DNA of 61,576 nt, filler included, from Deltaproteobacteria bacterium (GTDB lineage: Bacteria > JAUYMQ01): assembly GCA_030698575.1 (NCBI GenBank). It is 8 parts of 8 records of this genome, joined end to end, with 100 filler letters (N's around TTAATTAATTAA, not from the genome) between each part and the next. Parts side by side here need not be neighbours in the genome. Positions count along the whole stretch, not along the records: positions 12,207 to 41,995 come from JAUYMQ010000622.1; 7 more parts are not named here. One strand, 5' to 3'. Position numbers and translations under genes: made by a program. This document shows, one piece after another, positions 20,254 to 30,004 of this stretch (the stretch's first letter is position 1; each line of letters starts with the position of its first letter). Under the pieces are notes generated by a model that saw only the letters and a list, made by a program, of their open reading frames with translations, was not told where the DNA came from and did not search any database.

Positions 20254-21607
20254 ACACGCGCTTCAGATCGCGCAGGAGTCGCATCTCGGTATCCGAGAGC
20301 GCGAGGGAGAGGTAGGGCTTCTGCGTCAGCCCGATGCCGTGCTCCCCTGAGATCCGGCCGCCGAGCGACACGGTAAGCTCGAAGATCTCGCGGATGGCGT
20401 CAGAAAGATGATCCCGCCAGCGCGCCTCATCCATCTCGCCCTTCAGGATGTTGACGTGGACGTTCCCATCGCCCGCGTGCCCGTAGCAGATCGATGCGAT
20501 CCCGTGCCGCGCGCAGATCGCCTTGACGCCCGCCACCAGCGGCGCCAGCGCGGCCCGCGGCACCACGGTGTCTTCCTCCTTGTAGACACTGATCTTCTTC
20601 ACCGCCTCACCGACCGAGCGGCGGAGGCGCCAGAGCTCCGCTTGCTTCGCGGGCGCCTCCGCGAGGAGCACATCGAGCGCGCCCCGCGCCAGGCAAACCT
20701 TCCCGACGATCTCCGCCTCCCGCGCAACACTCCCATCCTCCATCCCGTCGACCTCGATGAGCAGATGGGCCGCGGCTTCACGATGCGGAAACGACACGCC
20801 GATGTGCGCCTCGGCCGCCGCCACGGCGTCGCGCTCCATGAACTCGCATGCGCTCGGCACGACACCCGCCTGGAAGATTTCAGACACGCAGGCCGTTGCC
20901 TGTTCGAGGCTTGCGAAGGGGGCGAGAAGGGTAAGCCGTGAGCGCGGCAGAGGAAGAAGCCTGAGCGTTGCCTGGGTGACGACCGCCAGCGTCCCCTCGC
21001 TGCCCACGAGCAGCTGCGTCAGGTTGTAGCCGGTCACGTCCTTCCGGATTTTCCCTCCGGTCCGGATGATCTCGCCGCCCGGGAGAACCGCCTCGAGGCC
21101 GAGAACGTAATCCTTCGTCGAGCCGTACTTCACCGCGTGCGGCCCGGCCGCGCACTCGGCGATATTTCCCCCGATCTGGCTCGAGCCACGGCTGGCCGGG
21201 TCGGGCGGGTAGTAGAGCCCCGCCTCCTCAACGCAATCCTGGAGGGTCTCGCAGACGACGCCCGGCTCGACAACCGCGACCGCATTCAACCGATCGATCT
21301 CGAGAATGCGATTCATCCGCTCGACCGAGAGCAGGATCCCCCCGTGAACGGGGAGCGCGCCGCCGGAAAGCCCGGTTCCGCCCCCCCGCGGCGTCACGGG
21401 GATGCGCTCTCGCTGAGCGAGTTTCAGGATGCCGGCGACCTCCCCGACGTTCCCGGGGCGCAGGATTACCTCCGGTGGATAGGAGAGATCCTCCGTCTCG
21501 TCCTCGCCGTACCGCGCGCGGGCCTCGTCATCGATGAGCACCTGGTCGGAGCCGCAGAGCTCCCGGAGCTCGGCGAGAATTGGCGGGGTGACCGGGGCAT
21601 AGGGCAT
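20210..21607 (-). CDS. FAD-linked oxidase (GlcD/D-lactate dehydrogenase family)
   Basis: PRGGGTGLSGG, YYPPDPAS, GSEGTL, GHAGDGNVH, SGEHGIG, LNPGK. Confidence 0.95.
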   Translation of the reverse strand: MPYAPVTPPILAELRELCGSDQVLIDDEARARYGEDETEDLSYPPEVILRPGNVGEVAGILKLAQRERIPVTPRGGGTGLSGGALPVHGGILLSVERMNRILEIDRLNAVAVVEPGVVCETLQDCVEEAGLYYPPDPASRGSSQIGGNIAECAAGPHAVKYGSTKDYVLGLEAVLPGGEIIRTGGKIRKDVTGYNLTQLLVGSEGTLAVVTQATLRLLPLPRSRLTLLAPFASLEQATACVSEIFQAGVVPSACEFMERDAVAAAEAHIGVSFPHREAAAHLLIEVDGMEDGSVAREAEIVGKVCLARGALDVLLAEAPAKQAELWRLRRSVGEAVKKISVYKEEDTVVPRAALAPLVAGVKAICARHGIASICYGHAGDGNVHVNILKGEMDEARWRDHLSDAIREIFELTVSLGGRISGEHGIGLTQKPYLSLALSDTEMRLLRDLKRVFDPHHILNPGKILD

Positions 21608-21688
21608 GGGAAACGATCCGCGCTCTGGCGCGGCTCCTCGATACATGAAAGCCGGCCCGAAGGCCGGCTGTCAGAGGCGCGGCGGCGC

Positions 21689-23152
21689 CTAGCGCCGGCG
21701 AGACCTTCGCCGCGGGCGTCCGCGAGGCGCTTCCTCGGGTTCCGGCTCGGGCTCGGGCGCGTCGGCCGCCCCGCCAATCTCGGGCTCGGGCGGCGGCTTC
21801 GCGTTCATGCGCTGGTAGTAGCGGTGGAGGAGGAAGGCGATGACCTCGCACCCCTCCTCCGATGCGGACAGTTCCTTCGCCGCCGGGAGGAACTCGTCGG
21901 CCCTGGCGCGTTCATCAGGCGCGAGCTCTCGCAGGTCGCGCTCGATGGCGGCCTCCGTTCGCTCGAGGATGCGCGCCGCCACGCCGTCCACGGCGGGCAA
22001 TTCCTTCTCGCTCGCGTTGAGCCGGTTCGCTTTCATGGCGATGTCGAAGGATCCGATGTCAAATCCAGAAACGAGAGAGATGGCGATTCCGGTCTTGCCC
22101 ATCCGCCCCGTTCGCCCTGTCCGGTGGAGGTACACCTCGGGCGCGGGCGGCACGGAGTAATTCACAACCCAGGCGAGATCGCTGATGTCGATGCCCCTGG
22201 CGGCCACGTCGGTGGCCACCAGGAAGCGCAGGGTGCCCGCCTTGATGCGACCCATTACGCGCTCCCGATCCTTCTGCGCGAGATCACCGCTGATCGCGTC
22301 CGCGTCGAGCCCGCGCCGCTTCAGCCCCGCGGAGACCCGCCGGACTTCATCCTTTGTGTTGCAGAAGATGATTGCTGAATCCGGGTTTTCAGCCTCGAGA
22401 ATGCGCGCGAGATTCGATTCTTTTTCTGCCTGCGGCGTGATGTAGTAGAAGTTCTCGATCTCGTCCACCGTGAGCTTGTCTGTGGAGAGCGAGATGAATT
22501 CCGGGTCGTTCAGGAAGCCGCGGCCGAGCGACTGCACATTGGGCGGGATCGTGGCGGAGAACATGAGCGTCTGGCGATCACGCGGCAATTCTTCCTTGAT
22601 GCGACGCATGTCGGGATAGAAACCCATCGACAGCATCTCGTCGGCCTCGTCGAGGACGAGAATGCCGGCGCGCGAAGGATCGAGCGCCCCGCTCTGCATG
22701 TGATCCAGTATGCGGCCGGCGGTGCCCACCACCACCTGCGCCCCGCCCTTCAGGCCGTCGAGCTGCGTCTTGTAGCCCACCCCGCCGTAGATGGCGACCG
22801 GAACGACGCCCCGGTGCTTGCCGAGCGTCGTCAGCTCCTTGCAGACCTGCAGGGTCAGCTCCCGCGTGGGTGTCAGGACCATGGCCTGGACATAGCGCCC
22901 CTCGGGCTTGACCATCTGGATAATTGGAATGCCGAACGCTCCCGTCTTCCCCGACCCCGTCTTCGATTGCACCATGAGATCGCGTCCGGTTACGAAAGCG
23001 GGGATGGCCCGGGCCTGGACGGGCGTGAACTTGGTCCAGCCGAGATCGGCGCAGGCGCGGCGAATCTCCGGGGGGAGATCCTCCATGCTCATCAATTCAG
23101 GGTCCTGCACCTGCTCTTCGCCTTCGGTCGGCTGGCTTACCGTGTCGGACAT
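21689..23152 (-). CDS. DEAD-box RNA helicase
   Basis: TPVQ, KTGSGKT, PTREL, LDEADEM, SAT, TDVAARGID, HRTGRTGR. Confidence 0.97.
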   Translation of the reverse strand: MSDTVSQPTEGEEQVQDPELMSMEDLPPEIRRACADLGWTKFTPVQARAIPAFVTGRDLMVQSKTGSGKTGAFGIPIIQMVKPEGRYVQAMVLTPTRELTLQVCKELTTLGKHRGVVPVAIYGGVGYKTQLDGLKGGAQVVVGTAGRILDHMQSGALDPSRAGILVLDEADEMLSMGFYPDMRRIKEELPRDRQTLMFSATIPPNVQSLGRGFLNDPEFISLSTDKLTVDEIENFYYITPQAEKESNLARILEAENPDSAIIFCNTKDEVRRVSAGLKRRGLDADAISGDLAQKDRERVMGRIKAGTLRFLVATDVAARGIDISDLAWVVNYSVPPAPEVYLHRTGRTGRMGKTGIAISLVSGFDIGSFDIAMKANRLNASEKELPAVDGVAARILERTEAAIERDLRELAPDERARADEFLPAAKELSASEEGCEVIAFLLHRYYQRMNAKPPPEPEIGGAADAPEPEPEPEEAPRGRPRRRSRRR

Positions 23153-23459
23153 AGGGCGGGAAAACTCCTTTGGGGGGGGCACCTTGGGGGGGTACCTTAG
23201 TAGGGGCCTGCAAGCATAGGGGAATTGCGAGCAGCGGAGCTTGTATTCTAGCACATGCGGCCGCCCAGCGGCATCCGGGACTCACCCGCGCGCTTCCGGG
23301 CGACGGATCATTTCGTTGAAGGGCCCTGGTCCATCCGGTATGATCCATCCCCAGCATCGAGCGCCCCGCCCGCCGGAGCGGAGGCCCCGAGGCGTGCCCG
23401 CAGGGATCCAGGCAGACACCCCCGAACCCCCAACTCCCGCAGGGAGGCTCGATAGTCGA

Positions 23460-24479
23460 ATGAGCAACGAGGATTTCTGGGCCGTCATCGAGGAGGGGGA
23501 GGACTATTACGACGAAGGCGACTATGAGTCCGCCCTCGATCGGTTCGATCGGGCGGTCAATCTCTCCCCTTCCAACGCCGACGCTCACAACAGCCGTGGC
23601 AACGCCCTCATGATGCTCGGGCGTCACGAGGACGCCCTGGGGAGCTTCGAGCAGGCGCTCAGGCTCGACGCGGGCTTCGTGAAGGCTTCGCTCAATCGGG
23701 CGGAGTTGCTCGTCGACTACCTCGGCCGCTCCAAGGAGGGCGAGGAGGTGTCCAGGCATCTCCTGAAGCGCCCGCTTGATCTCTATGACGCCGCCGATGC
23801 CTACTTCGTGCTGGCCAAGGCGGCGCTTGGCGCAGGCGATCTGCGCGCGGCCGTTTCCATGACCGACAAGGCGCTGGGGCTCTCACCCGCCCGGGCCGAG
23901 TTCACGTCCCTCCGGGGCGGGATTCTCTTCGAGCAGGGGAATTACCGGAAGGCTCTCGCCGAGTTCGACAAGGTTGTGAAGCAGCTTCCCGATGATGCCG
24001 ACATCCACTACCGGCGGGGGCTCGTGCTTGAAAAGCTCGGGCGTGACGCCGACGCCGGGGCTGCCTTCGCCCGGGCCGCCGAGATGGATCCCGAACACTA
24101 CCCGCTGCCGGCCGAGATCTCAGTGGAAGAGTGCGAGCGCATCATCGACGAGGTCATACAAAGCTTCGAACCGGAGGTCCACCGCTTCATCGAGAACGTG
24201 ACAATCCAGGTCGAGGACTTCGCCTCCCGGCGTATCGTGTCCGAGGACAACGTGAGCCCTCAGGTGCTCGGCCTCTTCGTCGGCACCCCGTACCAGGAGA
24301 AGACCTCCATCGCCCAGGCCACGGGGCCTGACGTGATCCTCATCTTCCGGAAAAGCCTGGAGAAGATTGCGGGAAACCGCGAGGAGCTCGTCGACGAGAT
24401 CCGCAAGACGCTCCTCCACGAGGTCGGGCACTACCTCGGCTTCGAAGAGCACGAACTGCACGACCTCGGCTTCGGCTGA
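23460..24479 (+). CDS. TPR-repeat protein with C-terminal zincin (minimal metallopeptidase) domain
   Basis: TPR repeats, then LGLFVG...IFRKSL...TLLHEVGHYLG (HExxH). Confidence 0.88.
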   Translation: MSNEDFWAVIEEGEDYYDEGDYESALDRFDRAVNLSPSNADAHNSRGNALMMLGRHEDALGSFEQALRLDAGFVKASLNRAELLVDYLGRSKEGEEVSRHLLKRPLDLYDAADAYFVLAKAALGAGDLRAAVSMTDKALGLSPARAEFTSLRGGILFEQGNYRKALAEFDKVVKQLPDDADIHYRRGLVLEKLGRDADAGAAFARAAEMDPEHYPLPAEISVEECERIIDEVIQSFEPEVHRFIENVTIQVEDFASRRIVSEDNVSPQVLGLFVGTPYQEKTSIAQATGPDVILIFRKSLEKIAGNREELVDEIRKTLLHEVGHYLGFEEHELHDLGFG

Positions 24480-24508
24480 GGCGCCACCCCTGCCACCCCA
24501 TCGGAACC

Positions 24509-24919
24509 TTGCTCATCGTCACTGCCGGAATCATTGAACGAGATGACGGCGCGCTGCTCATCGCCCGCCGCCCGCCGGATTCCTGGATGGGCGGGTACTG
24601 GGAATTTCCGGGCGGAAAGCTCGAGGAGGGCGAAACGCCCGAAGAGGGCCTCGCGCGGGAAATCCGGGAGGAACTGTCCATCGAGGCGGCGGTCGGGCAC
24701 GTCTTCCATGTCAAGGTTCACGCCTACCCCGAATTCAGCGTCCTCCTCCTCTTCTATCGCTGCCGGCCCCTCCGGGGCGAGCCGCCCGGCCTCGAAGGGG
24801 GCGGCCTCGAGTACGCCTGGGCGCGGCCCGGGCAGCTTCAGAGCTACAACTTCCTTCCCGCCGACGAGGAGATCATAACTCGCCTTCTATCGGAAGGACC
24901 GGCGCGAACCCGGGCTTGA
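24509..24919 (+). CDS. mutT: MutT-like NUDIX hydrolase
   Basis: WEFPGGKLEEGETPEEGLAREIREEL Nudix box; FLPAD. Confidence 0.85.
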   Translation: MLIVTAGIIERDDGALLIARRPPDSWMGGYWEFPGGKLEEGETPEEGLAREIREELSIEAAVGHVFHVKVHAYPEFSVLLLFYRCRPLRGEPPGLEGGGLEYAWARPGQLQSYNFLPADEEIITRLLSEGPARTRA

Positions 24920-25013
24920 GTTTCCCCGTGCACCGGCCGATGAGAGGAACAGACCCGCATCGTTCCGGGAGATCCCGCCCCCATACACTGTCCATGGCAC
25001 CCCGCGAGGCTAC

Positions 25014-25493
25014 ATGACGGATCGGCGCCAGCAACGGCTCGTCTGCAAGTGCATGGGGATAAGCGACGTGCGCCTGCGGCGCTACATCACGGAGAACAGT
25101 TTGAAGACGGTGGACGAGGTCCGTGAGATGTGCAACGCCTCCGGCACCTGCGGCGCATGTCGCGCCGACGTGGAGGGCATTCTCGGAGAGATTGCCGGTC
25201 TGGCGCCCACCTTCACGGACGAGGATCAGGAATTCGTCGACATGGAGCTCCGGCTTCGCTGCGAGGCCACTGTGGAGAACGGCGTAGCGCCGGTGCTTGC
25301 GGAGAAGGGGTTGGAAATCCAGTTCATCGACGCCTACGGCCTCACCGCGGAGGTGCGCGTGACGGGCGAGGCCGACGAGGGCGCGCTCAAGTTCATCATC
25401 GATCGCCTGCGGGATTACATCGCTGCGGATCTGGAGGTCGTCATCTACAGGAACCGTGACGAGGAGCCGTGGCATGGTCCGCCGCCGGCGTAG
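25014..25493 (+). CDS. BFD-like [2Fe-2S] domain plus degenerate NifU-C-like domain
   Basis: VCKCMG...ASGTCGAC cluster motif; C-terminal part resembles NifU-C (VAPVLAEKGLEIQFID). Confidence 0.7.
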   Translation: MTDRRQQRLVCKCMGISDVRLRRYITENSLKTVDEVREMCNASGTCGACRADVEGILGEIAGLAPTFTDEDQEFVDMELRLRCEATVENGVAPVLAEKGLEIQFIDAYGLTAEVRVTGEADEGALKFIIDRLRDYIAADLEVVIYRNRDEEPWHGPPPA

Positions 25494-25514
25494 CCCCGAG
25501 GCCCCCCGATTGCA

Positions 25515-25868
25515 TCAGGCCGGGTCGAAGAAACAAACTCCCGCACGGATTTCCGAGAGTTGCAGGGGCGCCGCGATCGCGAGGGCGCCAGGGTCCGCGG
25601 TGCGAACTCGCGCCGTGATTCTCGCGCCGCCTTCAAGTTCCACTATCCCGAGCACATAGGGAGCTTCGTCCTCCAGTCCCGCCGGCGCCACGTGCACAAT
25701 CGTGAAGCTGTAGAGCGTGCCGCGCGGCGGCAGGGACACAGGCCCGATTTCCCGATCGCCGCCGCAGTGCGGACAGACGGGCTGCGGCGGCGCGCTCTGA
25801 AGCCCGCAGCCGCCGCAACGCATCCCCGCAATTACGATACCGCCGTCCGTCGTGGCGGCCATCGTCAA
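25515..25868 (-). CDS. Zn-ribbon OB-fold protein (DUF35)
   Basis: RCGGCG...CPHCG, GTLYSFTIVH, PYVLGIVELEGG; translationally coupled to the thiolase. Confidence 0.92.
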   Translation of the reverse strand: MTMAATTDGGIVIAGMRCGGCGLQSAPPQPVCPHCGGDREIGPVSLPPRGTLYSFTIVHVAPAGLEDEAPYVLGIVELEGGARITARVRTADPGALAIAAPLQLSEIRAGVCFFDPA

Positions 25869-27031
25869 GCCCTCCCGAACAGATGCACCGTGCAGGTCGC
25901 GCCCGAGCCGCCGAGATTGTGCGTGAGACCTACGCGGGCGCCCTCGATCTGACGGTCACCCGCGTCGCCTCGGAGCTGCGTGACCGCCTCGACGATCTGC
26001 GCGACGCCCGTGGCTCCCACTGGATGCCCCTTCGACTTGAGCCCGCCGCTCACGTTCACGGGGATCCTGCCCCCCAGCGAAGTCGCCCCCTCGAGCACCG
26101 CGGGCCCGCCCTTCCCTTTCTCGACCAGCCCGAGATCCTCCGTCGCGAGAATCTCCGCGATCGTGAAGCAGTCGTGCACCTCGGCGAAGGAAACGTCGCC
26201 GGGCCCGAGGCCGGCCTGGGCGAAGGCCCGCTCGGCCGCCCAGCGCGTGGCCCGGGAAACAGTGATGTCGGGCTTGTGATGCAGGCACGGAGCGTCCGAA
26301 GCCTGTCCTGCGCCAAGCACCCGGATGGGCATGGCGGCCAGGCCTCGCGCGCGATCGAGCGTCGTCACCAAGGCGGCCGCGGCGCCGTCGGAGATAAGGG
26401 AGCAGTCATATAGGTTGAGCGGTTCGCAGATGGGGGCGGCCGCCATCGCTTTCTCGAGCGTGATCTCCTTGCGCATGTGCGCCCGGGGATTTCGGAGCCC
26501 GTGCCGGTGGTTCTTCACCGCGACGGCCGAGAGCATCTCGCGCGTCGTGCCGTACTGGTGCATGTGGCGGCGCGCGATCATCGCGAAAAGCGACGGGAAG
26601 GTCGCGCCCACGGCCGCCTCCTCCTCCGCGTGGGCCGCCTCGCCGAGCACCCGCGTGATGCCGGGCGTCTCCAGGGCGTTCATCTTCTCGACGCCGACCA
26701 CCAGGACCATTTCGTACACGCCGCCGGCCACGAGGAGCGCCGCCTCTCGAAAGGCGATTCCACTCGAGGCGCAGGCCCCCTCCGTGCGGGTGGCGGGAAT
26801 GCCGCCGAGGCCGAGCGCTCGCGCTGCAATCGGCGCGAGATGATTCTGGCCATTGAACCCCTCGGCGGAAAAATTTCCGACGTAGAGCGCTTCCACCTCG
26901 CGGCGCCTTTCCCAGATCCCCGCATCGGCGAGCGCCTGGCTCCCTGCATCGTGGATGAGATCCTCGAGCCGGCGCTCGGGGTACACCCCGAAGGGTGTCA
27001 TCCCCACGCCGGCCACCGCGACTTCCCGCAT
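25865..27031 (-). CDS. Thiolase, SCP-x/archaeal-type
   Basis: EGACASS, VAVKNH, DCSLISDGAAA, EVHDCFT, SGGLKSKGHPVGATG. Confidence 0.93.
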   Translation of the reverse strand: MREVAVAGVGMTPFGVYPERRLEDLIHDAGSQALADAGIWERRREVEALYVGNFSAEGFNGQNHLAPIAARALGLGGIPATRTEGACASSGIAFREAALLVAGGVYEMVLVVGVEKMNALETPGITRVLGEAAHAEEEAAVGATFPSLFAMIARRHMHQYGTTREMLSAVAVKNHRHGLRNPRAHMRKEITLEKAMAAAPICEPLNLYDCSLISDGAAAALVTTLDRARGLAAMPIRVLGAGQASDAPCLHHKPDITVSRATRWAAERAFAQAGLGPGDVSFAEVHDCFTIAEILATEDLGLVEKGKGGPAVLEGATSLGGRIPVNVSGGLKSKGHPVGATGVAQIVEAVTQLRGDAGDRQIEGARVGLTHNLGGSGATCTVHLFGRA

Positions 27032-27119
27032 AGACGCCTCCAGAACGAGCTTGTGGCATCCACCCTATGCCAAGCGCTCCGGCGCGGCAAGCTTCAGGAC
27101 CGCCCGGCGCGCTGCAACG

Positions 27120-28349
27120 CTACTTGAGGATCCAGGAATTCGTCCGCCAGAGGTCGTACTGCACGCCCCCCTTGCAGAGATCGTTCAATTCGACGACGGG
27201 CCTGAGTTCTCGGCCCGTTCGCCGGCGCGATCGGAGCGAAAGATCCACGGCGATGCACGGGTCCGTCCTGCTGCAGCCCATCCGGCAGAAGGCGCGGCCG
27301 ATGTTCAGATACACGATCGGATCGCACTTGATTCGCGTGGGCAAGCGCGGCCTGAGAGGCACACGATCGATCCTTCCGGCGGCGCGGTGCAGGACCAGCT
27401 CTCCTTCACAGACCACCCGGGCATCGAACATATGAAGCGCGAACAGGCGCCCCTCGCCGGTAATCGCGCTGTCGCCGGGAAACAGCCAGGGAACAATCTG
27501 CAGAAAGGAGAAGAACGAAAGGACAACCGCCGTCGAGGCCGGCTCGCGCCCCGCGAGGAGCCGCCGGAATAGCGGGGCAGGCGCCTCAGACGGATAGATC
27601 CGCGAGAGCGGGAAGATCGCAAGGAGCGCGAGCATCAGGAGGGGGTAGTAGAAGCCCACAACGGTCCACGACGTCGCGTGGAAAAGGACAAGCTGCGCGA
27701 GGGTCGCCCGGAAGAGCCACCGGCGCCGGGAGAAGAGTCCGAAGATGAGGCAGGTCTCGAGCAGGACCACATAGGCGCAGGCCTCCGGGATGAGGCTCTC
27801 GGGGACCCCGAGCGGCTTCCGGTAGAGCGCCGCGCCGGAGAGCCATTCCGCATCAAGCTTGAGAATCCCGGCCCAGAAATAAAAGGCGACAATCTGGTAC
27901 TGCAGCAGGCGGCGCTTGTTCGGAAGAAAGAGAAAGACGAGCGAGATGATGAGGGCCATGTAGTGCTGGTTCAGCCGGAGCCTGAAGTCCTGCGCCCACA
28001 CCAGAACAGCCATGAGCGTTAGAAGCGCCAGCACGCCGTAGCCCCAGGCGACGCGCCGGCGGAGAAAAAAGAGGATGCCGACAACTGCCAAGCCGAGATA
28101 GATCCAGAGATAGATCCGGATTCCTTCGGCGCCCAGGAGCCGGTAGTCCGCGCAGTTCTCGAAGAACGGCCAGCAGATGGAGCGCTGGCCCGCGGCGAGG
28201 CGGGTATCAATCGACCGGACACGCCAGTAGTAGAAGGTGAGGACGTGCAGCGACACGAGGGCCACGCCGTAGAGGCGAAGCGCAGTGTCCGCGCCGATGG
28301 CTTCGATGTTCCTGCGGAAGAAGGCCGGGATGCTCATCCGGGATGCCAT
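27120..28349 (-). CDS. Polytopic membrane protein, HTTM-like
   Basis: About 8 TM segments; 'NQHY', 'YFWAGILKLDAEWLSG', 'GEGRLFALHMF' resemble HTTM/gamma-carboxylase-like motifs. Confidence 0.6.
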   Translation of the reverse strand: MASRMSIPAFFRRNIEAIGADTALRLYGVALVSLHVLTFYYWRVRSIDTRLAAGQRSICWPFFENCADYRLLGAEGIRIYLWIYLGLAVVGILFFLRRRVAWGYGVLALLTLMAVLVWAQDFRLRLNQHYMALIISLVFLFLPNKRRLLQYQIVAFYFWAGILKLDAEWLSGAALYRKPLGVPESLIPEACAYVVLLETCLIFGLFSRRRWLFRATLAQLVLFHATSWTVVGFYYPLLMLALLAIFPLSRIYPSEAPAPLFRRLLAGREPASTAVVLSFFSFLQIVPWLFPGDSAITGEGRLFALHMFDARVVCEGELVLHRAAGRIDRVPLRPRLPTRIKCDPIVYLNIGRAFCRMGCSRTDPCIAVDLSLRSRRRTGRELRPVVELNDLCKGGVQYDLWRTNSWILK

Positions 28350-28383
28350 GCCTCTTTCTCGCCGAGGGACGACGGCCGTGCTG

Positions 28384-29982
28384 TCAGCCGCCCGCCGCGT
28401 AACCGTCCTTCCGGCGATCGCTCGCCCCCATCCAGTCTCCGTCCACCTCATCGCGCATGATCATCTGGCCCGCGCCGAAGGAGAGCGGAAAGGGGAGCTC
28501 CGAGGGGCCCGCCACGTCGTGCCCCAGTCCGCGCAGCGCCTCCGCGGCCGCGGTGAAAACCGGCTCCTCGAGCGCGACCCGGTTCGCGGCCAGAAAGAAG
28601 AAACGCGGCGCGTCCAGGGCGGCCTGCGGATCGAGGCCGCGATCGACCAGGTGGGACACGACCTGCACGTGCGCCTGCGCCTGGATATCCGCTCCCATGA
28701 CGCCAAAGGCGGCTCTCGGCGCTCCGCCCCGCGCCAGCATGGCGGGCACGAGTGTGTGGAAGGGGCGCTTGCGCGGCGCCAGCGCGTTCGGATGCGCCTC
28801 GTCGAGCGTGAACCCGCCACCCCGGTTGTGAAGGGTCACGCCGGTCCCCGGAACCACCAGCCCGGAACCGAAGGGAAAGTAGAGGCTGTTGATCAACGCG
28901 ACCAGGTTGCCCGCCGCATCCGCGGTCGCGAGAAACACGGTGTCGGTCCCCCGGGGCGGGACGCCTGGAGAGGCAAGCGCCATCGCCCGGTCGGGCCGGA
29001 GGAGACCGGCCCGGGCGCTCAGATAAGCAGGGGAAAGAAGTTCTGCAACAGGCACGTCGGCAAAGTCAGGATCAGCGATGTAGGCGCCACGGTCGGCGTA
29101 GGCGAGCTTCAAGCTCTCGATGAGGAGGTGAAGGGCGGCGGGCGAATCGATCGGATGCGCGGAAACGTCGAACCCTTCGAGGATACCGAGCGCAATGAGG
29201 GCCGCCAGCCCCTGGCCGTTCGGGGGAAGCTCCAGGACGTCGAACCCCCGGTAGCCCACGCGGATGGGTTCGACCCATTCCGCGCGCTGCGCCGCGAGAT
29301 CTTCCCGCGTGAGCAGGCCGCCCTGCCCGGCCAGGAAGTCGACGAGGCGACCGGCGAACTCCCCCTCGTAGAAAGCCGCGCGCCCGCCGGCCCCAATCGT
29401 GTCGAGGGTATCGGCCAGCCGCGGCTGCCGGAAGCGTTCGCCCGCGCGAGGCGCATGGCCGTCGAGGGTCCAGGCCTCGCGGATCTCGGGGGCGGCGAGC
29501 ATGCCGCACTCGACGGCCAGTTCCCACTCGCGGGCCACGACGCGCGTGACCTCGAAGCCCTCCCGCGCCGCCCGCACCGCGGGGGCGAGAACCGCGTCGA
29601 GCGGCAAGCTGCCGGCCCGCTCGAGGGCGGCGCACCAGCCGTCGAGCGCTCCCGGGACGGTGATCGCGAGCGGGCCCCGCAGCGGCATGAAGGCGTGCCC
29701 GCGCCGCTTCAACTCGGCGACGGACGCGGCGGATCCTGCGCGACCGCTGGCGTTCAGGCCCAGCGTGCGCCCTTCTCCGGCCAGGTGGATGAGCATGAAG
29801 CAGTCGCCGCCAATACCGGTAGCCTGCGGCTCCACCACGGCGAGCACGGCGGCGGCCGCCACGGCGGCGTCGACGGCGTTGGCGCCGTCCCGTAGAAAAG
29901 CCACGGCCGCCTCGGTCGCGCGGGGCGAACTCGTGGCGGCCATGTAACGGCTTCCCCTTGCCAGTCGCGGGCGATTCGACAT
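28384..29982 (-). CDS. ggt: Gamma-glutamyltransferase
   Basis: GANAVDAAVA, TGIGGDCF, TVPG, PPNGQG, DTVFL (catalytic Thr), KRPFHT, ASDRRKDG. Confidence 0.95.
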   Translation of the reverse strand: MSNRPRLARGSRYMAATSSPRATEAAVAFLRDGANAVDAAVAAAAVLAVVEPQATGIGGDCFMLIHLAGEGRTLGLNASGRAGSAASVAELKRRGHAFMPLRGPLAITVPGALDGWCAALERAGSLPLDAVLAPAVRAAREGFEVTRVVAREWELAVECGMLAAPEIREAWTLDGHAPRAGERFRQPRLADTLDTIGAGGRAAFYEGEFAGRLVDFLAGQGGLLTREDLAAQRAEWVEPIRVGYRGFDVLELPPNGQGLAALIALGILEGFDVSAHPIDSPAALHLLIESLKLAYADRGAYIADPDFADVPVAELLSPAYLSARAGLLRPDRAMALASPGVPPRGTDTVFLATADAAGNLVALINSLYFPFGSGLVVPGTGVTLHNRGGGFTLDEAHPNALAPRKRPFHTLVPAMLARGGAPRAAFGVMGADIQAQAHVQVVSHLVDRGLDPQAALDAPRFFFLAANRVALEEPVFTAAAEALRGLGHDVAGPSELPFPLSFGAGQMIMRDEVDGDWMGASDRRKDGYAAGG

Positions 29983-30004
29983 TGCCGGCCGCGAGGGCAC
30001 GAGG

